From: Chrysochromulina tobinii | Taxonomy: Eukaryota | Direction of reading: 5' to 3' | DNA length: 40,986 bases | NCBI GenBank assembly: GCA_001275005.1 | Contig: JWZX01003091.1 | Coordinates: 1-40,986 of the forward strand | In this document: positions 1-9,000 of the stretch, piece by piece | Layout of the letters: every line of letters begins with the position of its first letter | Numbering within the stretch: the stretch's first letter is position 1 | The notes under the pieces: generated by a model | Databases searched by the model: none | What the model saw: only the letters and a program-made list of their open reading frames with translations | What the model was told of the DNA's origin: nothing | Position numbers and translations under genes: made by a program

Positions 1-207
1 GGGGGAGATAGGGGGGAGAGGGGGGGTAAATGGCCTTTCAAATGGTGATCAGGTAGCCACCAAGAAGCCACTGAGTAGTCATCAAGTAGCCATCCCAAAG
101 CAGATGGGATCACGAGACAAGGCCGTTTGGGAATCCCATGCCAATCAAGTGACGAATCCCATGCCACTCAAATGACGAAGCCCATGCCCATTCAAGCGAC
201 GAAGCAC

Positions 208-2075
208 CTGTGGGTGGCGGGAGAGGGCGAAGGCGAGGGACGTCGAGCCGCATTTCTCGCCGCCGAGGAGGAAGACGGATGGTAGCGTCGTGTCGGGCGG
301 CGTCGTGTCGGGTGGCGCCGTGTCGGGCGGCGTTGTGTCGGGCGGCGTCGTGTCGGGCGGCGTCGTGTCGGGCGGTGGCCTGTTCCCGATGGCTGTCGCC
401 GTCGCCGTCGCTGCCGCTGCTGCCCTCGTCACCGCCGTCGAGGGCACCCCCACCCAAGGGTCCTCACGCGCCGTGATGGGCATCCCTTCATCCGCCCAAG
501 GGTCCCGACGCGCCGTGATGGGCACCCCTTCATCCGCCCAAGGCTCCCGGCGCGCCGTGATGGGCACCCCTTCATCCGCCCACAGCCAAGGGTCCTCACG
601 CGCCGACCGCACCGGCTGTCGCAGCAGCCGAAGCTCGCGCCTCACGCTCGCGGCAAAGGGCGCGTAAAAGGGACGAAGGATCGCGTCGGCATCGGTTGGT
701 ACGTCTCTACCTGATGAGGCACGCAATCAGTGGCCGTCAGAGGCGCGCATGCAGGCGGCGTCGGTTGGTACGTCTCTACCTGCATGCACGGCAAGCCGGG
801 CGTGTGTCGCGAGGAGAGCCGATGCCTCGGCGAAAGCGCCGTGTTGGGCGCCATTCTGGGCGCCGTGTTGGGCGAGGCCCGTCCACTCGAGGAGCCCTCG
901 CAGCGCCGTGCTGGGCGCCTCGACGAGCTGGTTCAGCGTCATGATGAGCACCTGGCCCGCGCCGTCAAGGGAGGTCATCAGTGGCAATCAATGGCCATCT
1001 ATGGCAATCAAGCGACTCGCACCTGGCCCACGCCGTCAAGGGAGGTCATCAGTGGTAATCAATGGCCCTCAGTGGCAATCAAGCGACTCGCACCTGGCCC
1101 GCGCCATCAAGGGAGGTCATCAGTGGTAATCAATGGTCATCAGTGGCAATCAAGCGACTCGCACCTGGCCCGCGCCATCAAGGGAGGTCATCAGTGGTAA
1201 TCAAAGGCAATCAGTGGCAATCAAGCGACTCGCACCTGGCCCGCGCCATACGCCTGCCGCCATGTGCGCAGTTGCGGTCCATACATGGCGCCGCCGAGCA
1301 CGCAGCCCGACCAGCCGCATGCAACTGCAAGGCAGCGCTGCCAGGTTTCGGAACTGATGTACGTCGTGCTCATGCCGCTGCTGCCGCTGCTGCTGCTGCT
1401 GCTGCTGCTGCTGCGTCCGCTGTGTACGCCACCGCCTCTCGCGCCGCTTCTGCTCCTGCCGCCGCCGCCGCCTCCGCTGCCGCCTTGGCGCTCACCATGG
1501 CGCTCGACGAGGCGACCGCTCAGGCAGCGCCGGAGCGCCGACGCCTCGCGCGTCACCTTTTGAGTAAAGTTGCGAGGCGAGAGGTAAGGGACGAGAAAGG
1601 CACCCTCGTCGTCGTCGCGCTCATGCGGCATCGCCAGCAGCGCGCGCCAGCGCACCCACGCCTGCTCGACGGGATCACGCAGCACAGCCACGATCCGGTG
1701 GCTGCTTGGCCTCGCCAGCACGGAGTTAAGCCGTGCGGCGGCATACGGTGCGGAGAGGTAGCCCGGGCTGCCGTCGACGATGGCGCGAACGCTCGCGTTG
1801 AGCACGTAGTGGGCCATGTACCAGGCCCAGCCGCGCGTGTATCGATCCTCTGCAGAGACGAACTCGGTGCCGAGGAGCGGCCTCGCGCCGCTTGCTGCAC
1901 TGTGAGGAGGCTTGGGCAGCACGACGCCGAGCTGCCGGCCCAAGGCCAAGGTGAGAGCTTCGCTGCCACACCCGTCTGCTCCAATGATCAAAATGACGCT
2001 CACCGGACGCGGCGGCCAAATGGTGCCAAGGGAGCTCGGGCTTGCCGCGAGCTCGACACCGGCATCGGCCAGCAT
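208..2075 (-). CDS. Tandem sulfotransferase-domain protein (Sulfotransfer_1 / heparan sulfate 3-O-sulfotransferase-like), 3' end outside window. Exons 2075-1236, 951-780, 710-208.
   Basis: Domain 1 has IIGADGCGSEAL (degenerate 5'-PSB loop), DGSPGY and RIVAVLRDPVEQAW (3'-PB motif). Domain 2 starts with VFLLGGEKCGSTSLAFALSRHPQ (canonical 5'-PSB). GT-AG introns at 1235-952 and 779-711 join the ORFs in frame. A donor at 207 opens an intron whose polypyrimidine tract reaches the window edge. ATG 2075 is the assumed start. Confidence 0.75.
278..600 (-). repeat. Coding tandem repeats in the inter-domain linker: 15-bp (PPDTT)x~6 and 39-bp (REDPWADEGVPITA-like)x3-4
   Basis: Visible repeats ggcgtcgtgtcgggc and cgcgccgtgatgggcaccccttcatccgcccaagg on the + strand. 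Confidence 0.85.
952..1235 (-). repeat. Intron made of four 71-nt units, each a complete GT...AG mini-intron
   Basis: Unit boundaries 1022/1023, 1093/1094 and 1164/1165 each read GGGCCAG|GTGCGAGTCGC on the minus strand. Confidence 0.85.
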
Positions 2076-2276
2076 CGGGGTCAGCTCCGACAAACGCTCG
2101 TGTGAATGTGAATGGATGGTAAGATCAAAGCAGAAGGGTCCACGAGAGTGTGGGAATGTCAGTCCGCAGAACACGTAAACACGTTTCCCACATATGAGCC
2201 TCTGATTACCTTCTGATGACCCTCTGATGAGCCTGTGATGAGCCTCTGATCTTGGCACGTGCTTCTACGGACATAG

Positions 2277-2697
2277 GTGCGCACCGGGCGCGTGTACCTG
2301 CGAGATTCGTCAATGGTGATGCCCTACCCGCTCCTCTTATTTGGAGGCGAGCTCAAGGTTGATCGTCAATGCCATTGCCCGGCATGCCCGCTCATGCCCC
2401 GCTCCATGTCCCCGCATGCAAGCGCTCACGACGAAGCCCAAACAATCCCCCCGTCAGGTGCGCCACGCGGAGCAGACGATCACCATCGATGGTTGGATGG
2501 AGTTTGAGGCGCCGCCGCGCGTGGCCGTCCTGTTTCCGTGTTTCGTCAGCTGCGGGTCGAGCTCGATAAGCTGCTGCTGGCCAAGATTGCGGCGCCCACA
2601 GCCGAGGCCGACCTGACCGGTAGGACCGTTGGGGCGATCGTGCAGCTGCTCCAGCCTCCAGGAGGAGGAGGGCTTCTACGTCGCGCAGGGCCACTAA
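2277..2697 (+). pseudogene. Orphan 3' fragment of a DEAH-box RNA helicase (DHX36/DHX57/DHX29-type C-terminal OB region), frameshifted
   Basis: Reads VRTGRVYLRDSSMVMPYPLLLFGGELK | intron 2358-2457 | VRHAEQTITIDGWMEFEAPPRVAVLF, then continues in another frame as RQLRVELDKLLLAKIAAP. Small duplications at ~2531-2544 and ~2649-2661 break the frame. There is no room upstream for the helicase core. Confidence 0.7.
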
Positions 2698-3095
2698 TAA
2701 TACTGTAATAGTAGGGCCACTACATGTAATAAATAGCAATACATGTACATGTAGCCGCTATTTGGCCGCCAAGCATGATGAACTCCTCCAAAAAAGACTG
2801 TGTATTTCACTGTTCGTCAATCGGCCAATCGGCCACATGCAATCGGCACTCAAAACTTGGAATCTGCAATTGTCTCTTGGCTCGTGCTAGACTTTCGGAA
2901 TTTAATTTCCTAAGGCGCCGCTCCGGGAGCGGGGGGGGGGAGCGGCAGTGAGGTTTTCGTTCAGAAAAACCCGGGTTCACACGAACGTTCACACGGGCCA
3001 AAATGGTCCTGTAACGTGCGAGAGGCCTCCCTCCTTCGCCGTCGGTGCTGCACCCCTCTCCCCCCTCGTGGGTCCGCAACCTCTTCGTCGCCCTG

Positions 3096-6000
3096 ATGGT
3101 GAGCTTAACCACGCCAGATCATGACTCTGCTTGGCGCAGCTCGGTGGGCCGCTTCGGGGCCGCGCCTCGGCTCGCCCGCATCCTCCTCCTCTTGATGGTG
3201 AGCTTCGCCGATGCGCAGCAGTTCGCGAACACGTGCATCGGTGCTCCTGGGTATGCCTCGGATTGTGACTGCGCCACCGAGTTTGCCTCCAACGAGTTTG
3301 CCACCGAGGACGACTACGACTTCATCACTGTCAACAGGGTCTCTTCCCACGGCTATTCTCTGACCAATGTGCAAGTGGCTGCCGAGACCGCCCAGCTCGT
3401 CGACACCTTCTCCACGACGACGTTCGACGCGGCGCAGGCCTGCACGCGCGGCTCTCTCGAAACCCTCAAGGCGCCCGTCGCGGCCAAGTCGCTCTCCAAC
3501 ATGACGTCGACGGGCGCGAAGGTGGACCCGACGCTCGATGACATCCAGACGACGCTGATGGTCTCGATCATCAGCTATCTGGGCGGGCTGCCTGAGACCG
3601 ATGCCTTCAAGGCAAAGAAGACCATCGACATCGCGGAGGCGGCGCACGAGATGGTTTCGGATTCCATGCCGCAGGCGCGCTCGTCCACGACGGCCCCGGC
3701 TCCTCTTCCCAGCATGCTGGCGATGCTCGGTCTGCTCTGCGCGGTACTGTACGGTGCCGTCCAGGCCTTTCCGGAGCACCTTGGCGCCTCGGCCCTCGCC
3801 TCCATCCCGGGGCCGCCGCCGCCCGAGGGCCGTCGTGCCATCAGCGCTACCTCTCCCTCGTGCCGACCCTCTGCTTGGCGCTGCTCTGCGGGCCGCTTTG
3901 GGTCCGCGCCTCGGCTCGTCGGCGTGCTCTTCCTCACCCTGGTAGTGGGCTTCGCCGGCGCACAGACATCACCGTCACCCGAGCCACCCCCGTCGCTACC
4001 ACCACCCTCGCCACCGCCCCAGCCGCCTCCGCCATCACCACCGCCATCTCCGCCCTCGCCACCATCGCGCCCGCCAGCGCAGCCGCCCAGACCGGCTCAG
4101 CCTGGCTGGGCTCTCGAGGCACGGAACGTAACTCTTCGCCGGCGGTACCCTCCCCCTCGGGACTATGCGCATGACCTCCAGCCTGGCGGCCACCCGACGG
4201 CGTTCGCACCGCCCAACTGCTCGGCACCAGGGCGAGTGGGCTGCGTCGCCATGCCCAGGCCCGCCCGGGCGAAGCCCGCACCAGGAACCAGAGCATCGCT
4301 CTCGCCGCCGGCGTGCCACTTGAGCAACGAGACCGGATGCCTGCGCCTGCCCAAGCCAATGGCGAGGACTGGAGGAGAGCTACTGGGCTCCAGTGAGGCT
4401 GTCATCCAGTTTCGCAGCTCCGTCCTGTCAGGCGGCAGCGCGTCAACGGGTTCGATTGCAGCGGCGGACGTCGACGGCGACGGCCACCTCGACGTGCTGC
4501 TTGGGAATTCGGTCAGTCCCAGCCGAGTGCTGCTCAACGCGGGCGACGGCACCTTCCCGACGAGCTTTGAGCTGCCCAGTGGCAGCGCAAACACGTGGTC
4601 GATCGCGGCGGCGGACGTGGACGGCGACGGCGACCTCGACGTGCTGCTTGGGAACTATGGCAGTCCAAGCCGCGTGCTGCTCAACGCGGGCGACGGCACC
4701 TTCCCGACGAGCATCGAGCTGCCCGGCGGCAGCGCGGACACGCGCTCCATCGCGGCTGCGGACGTGGACGGCGACGGCGACCTCGACGTGCTGCTTGGGA
4801 ACGATGGCGGTTCCAGCCGCGTGCTGCTCAACGCGGGCGACGGCACCTTCCCAACGAGCATCACGCTGCCCGACGGCGACGCAAACACGTACTCGATCGC
4901 GGCGGCGGACGTGGACGGCGACGGCGACCTCGACGTGCTGCTTGGGAACTATGGCAGTCCCTGCCAAGTGCTGCTCAACGCGGGCGGCGGCACCTTCCCG
5001 ACGAGCATCACGCTGCCCGGCGGCAGCGCGGACACGTACTCGATCGCGGCTGCGGACGTGGACGACGACGGCGACCTCGACGTGTTGCTTGGAAACGATA
5101 GCAGTCCAAGCCGCGTGCTGCTCAACGCGGGAAACGGCACCTTCCCGACGAGCATCGAGCTGCCCGGCGGCGACGTGAACACGTTATCAATCGCGGCGGC
5201 GGACGTGGACGGCGACGGCGACCTCGACGTGCTGCTTGGGAACTTTATCAGTCCCAGCCGCGTGCTGCTCAACGCGGGCGGCGGCACCTTCCCGACGAGC
5301 ATCACGCTGCCCGGCGGCAGCGCGGACACGTACTCGATCGCGGCTGCGGACGTGGACGGCGACGGCGACCTCGACGTGCTGCTTGGCAACGATGGCAGTC
5401 CCAGCCGAGTGCTCCTCAACGCGGGCGACGGCACCTTCCCAACGAGCATCGAGCTGCCCAGCGGCAGCGCGAACACGTACTCGATCGCAGCAGCGGACGT
5501 GGACGGCGACGGCGACCTCGACGTGCTGCTTGGGAACTTTGGCAGTCCCAGCCGAGTGCTCCTCAACGCGGGCGACGGCATCTTCCCGACGAGCATCGAG
5601 CTGCCGGAGCTGCCCGGCGGCAGCGCGTACACGTCCTCGATGGCAGCGGCGGACGTGGACGGCGACGGCGACCTCGACGTGCTGCTTGGGAACTATGGCA
5701 GTTCCAGCCGAGTTCTGCTCAACGCGGGTGACGGCACCTTCCCGACGAGCATCGAGCTGCCCGGCGGCAGCGCGGACACGTTATCAATCGCGGCGGCGGA
5801 CGTGGACGGCGACGGCGACCTCGATGTGCTGCTTGGGAACTTTAACAGTTCCAGCGTAGTGCTGCTCAACGCGGGCGACGGCACCTTCCCGACAAGCATC
5901 GAGCTGCCCGGCGGCAGCGCGTACACGCGCTCGATCGCGGCGGCGGACGTGGACGGCGACGGCGACCTCGACGTGCTGCTTGGGAACGATGGCGGTCCCA

Positions 6001-9000
6001 GCCGGGTGCTGCCCTTCATCCGGTGCTCCGAACCTGGCACCGCGCGCAGCCGCTACGGCAACGGATGCGTCCGCTGCCCTGCTCCGTCCTCACGCCGCGA
6101 CGACGTTTTCGACGTCTGCTACGAGTGCGACGAGAACACCCAGCTCGATCCTGGCTCCGGCGCGTGCGCCGCTTGCACTGAGGGCAGCGAGCGCTTTCTC
6201 GGCGCAACCCGGTGCACGCGCTGCCCCGTGGGCAAGCGGCACGCGGCCCCGGGCACCGCCTGCATCCCCTGCTCTCCGGGTGAGTACGTGAACTTCCAGG
6301 GTCTCTTTGATCCATCGACGTGCTTGCCCTGCCTCCCGGGCTCATACAACCCGACGTCTGGGGCGAGCGCATGCACGCCCTGCGCACCTTCAACCTATTC
6401 GTCCACGTTGCGCTCGGTCGCGTGCTCGGCGTGCCCTCGCGGCGGCTTCTGCCCCATGGCTGGCGCTGCTGCCCTGAGCCTGACCTTCTCGGCGTGCCCC
6501 GCTGGTACCTACAACCCGGACGAGGGATCGTCGACAAATACCTCGTGCCGCTCTTGCCCCGCTGGCAAAGCCAACCCCGTGCCCCAATCGACTGCGGCCT
6601 CGGCTTGCAGAGCATGCCTGCCCGGGTCGCATGCTGCGCAAAACGGCACGGCCATTTGCGATCTCTGCCCGACAGGCACGTTCACGTCGACGTCGGGCAG
6701 CACAGCCTGCCAGCCGTGCACTCCAGGCTATCTGTGCTTCGAGGGCTCGTCCGCGCCCCAGCCCTGCCCGGGCGGTACCCACGCCAACCAGACCGTGCTC
6801 ACTCTCACTGGCTACCTCGGCTCCCTGAGCGAGTGCGTCGTGTGCCCGGTCGGTACGTCGTGCTCAGTGGGCTCGGCCGTGGCGGTGCCTTGTGCTCCGG
6901 GCACGTACAACAACCAGTCGCGGCAGGAGACGTGCCTCAAGTGTGCAGCGGGCTCCTTCCAAGAGCTGGCTGGTCAGACCTCGTGCAGCCCGTGCATGCC
7001 GGGCTACTACTGCGCCGAGGGCGCGGCGGCGCCGCTTCCATGCGCCCAGGGCACCTTCTCGAACGCCACCGATCTCAAGAGTGCGATCCAGTGCACGAGG
7101 ACGCCCCCGGGCTTCTACGCACCGACAGGCAGCCAACAGCGGCTTCCGTGTGCTCAGGGTACGATCGCAGTGACAGGCGGGCTTGGCGCGTGCGTTCCAT
7201 GCCCTGGTGGCACATACCAGAACGAGGTCGGAGCCACTGAGTGTAAGCAATGCGAAGCGGGCTCTTTCTGTCCTGAGGGGGCCGCGGCCGCGCTGCCGTG
7301 CACCAGGGGCACCTATGCAAACTTGACGAACCTCACGAGTGCTGCTCAGTGCACGACGACGTCGCCAGGCTTTGCGGCGGCAACGGGCAGTTCGCAGCAA
7401 TCGCCGTGCACTCCGGGCACTATCGCGGCAACGGGTGGCCTCGGGGTGTGCGTGCCGTGCCCTGCCGGCCGTTATCAGGACGAGCCTGAGGAGACGAGTT
7501 GCAAGATATGCCCAGTCGCCTCTTTCTGCAGGGCAGGCTCCGCCAGCCCCGTGCCGTGCCCTGGCGGCAAGTACAACAATCGGACGGGTCTCGTGTCCGC
7601 GGAGGGCTGCGTGCCGGTCGGCTTTGGCTACTGGGCTCCGACCGGGAGCGTGTTTCCCATCCCGTGCCCCTCGGGCTTCTCGTGCCCTGGGTACTTCAAC
7701 GACAACGTGACGTTCGGCTCCCAGCCCCTCATTCTCCCAACGGGCGGGCTGACCCCGGTGGTCGCGGTCGAGACGCAGACGGTCGAGACGGTCACGGGCT
7801 CTATCTCGCTCAACGCGCCACTCTCGTCCTTCCTGAACGACACGGCCCTGCAGCTCCAGTATCGTCAGACCCTCGCCGCCCAGCTCGGCATTCCGTGGCA
7901 GGACCTGCAGCTCGACTTTTCGGAGGCTCCGCCGTCTGCTGGGCGTCGGCTTCAGACTGGCTCCACCGTCCTCACGTACACCATCATTCGGACGGTGACC
8001 ACGAATCCGACCGCTCCGCGCTCGGGCACCAATTCCAGCAACACCACCACGAGCAACGCCACCACGAGCAACGTCACCACGAGCGGTCCACCCGTCGTGG
8101 CTCCATCCTTTGCTCTCAACAACCTCGATCCCGCAGTCCTCGGAGCCGCTCTCGGTGTGTCTGTGGCCGCCCTCGTGGCACCCACTGCAACCGTGGTCCA
8201 GCAGACCGTGACCGTCATTCGAGAGCGCGTGTGCCCCAGGGGCTTCTGGTGCACTGCCGGGCTTGAGGTGGCGTGCGAGCAGGGTTTCTACAACCCGAAC
8301 ACAAATGCCGCCAGCCAAACAGCCTGCTTGCGCTGCCCCGAGTTCTCAACCACCAACGGCACCGCAGCCACCAACGTCAGCGAATGCGTGTGCCAAGCGA
8401 GCTTCGTGCGACAGCTCGATGCAGCAGGCAGCCCCCAGTGCGTCTGTGCGGCGGGCCGTGAGCTCATAGGCGGCGTGCAATGCGCCCCGTGCAAGATCGG
8501 CACGTACAAGGACTGGACGGGCGAGAACCTTTTTCGCAACCCTCTTGGCCCCCAAAAGTGCCTCGACTGCCCTGTGCCTCAGACGACCACGGAGCAGGAA
8601 GGCGCCGACTCGATCTCCCAATGCGCGTGCGAGGTGGGCACGTTCGCCAGCCTGACGCGCGCCGAGATGATGCAGGCTACCAACGACAGCAGCCGCGTCG
8701 CAGCAGATGCCTTCGAGTGTAGGTCCTGCGTGAGCATTCAGGACTCTGGCGGCAGTCAGATGACCAACTGCACCACGCTGGGTGTCATGCTCGACACCAT
8801 CCCCGTCACGCCGGGCCACTGGCGGCAGAACCCGATTGCGCAATACGTTCGAATGTGTGACCTCGAGGAGGCGTGCCTCGGCGGCGATATCGCGGGCGAC
8901 ACGTCGTGCGCGGAGGGTCACACTGGGCCGGTGTGCGATCTGTGCGTGCAGGATCCGCTGCACTTTGGCGGTCGCGGAGCGCCCTGCCAATTGTGCTCCG

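Noticed and set aside
1062..2105. 347-aa + strand ORF and similar overlapping ORFs throughout the window
   Set aside because: Antisense or off-frame to motif-bearing genes; long spurious ORFs are expected at this GC content
4430..6015. Diversity-generating retroelement acting on the FG-GAP repeats (AAY-like variable codons)
   Set aside because: No reverse transcriptase or separate template repeat in the window; repeat homogenisation plus diversifying selection explains the pattern more simply
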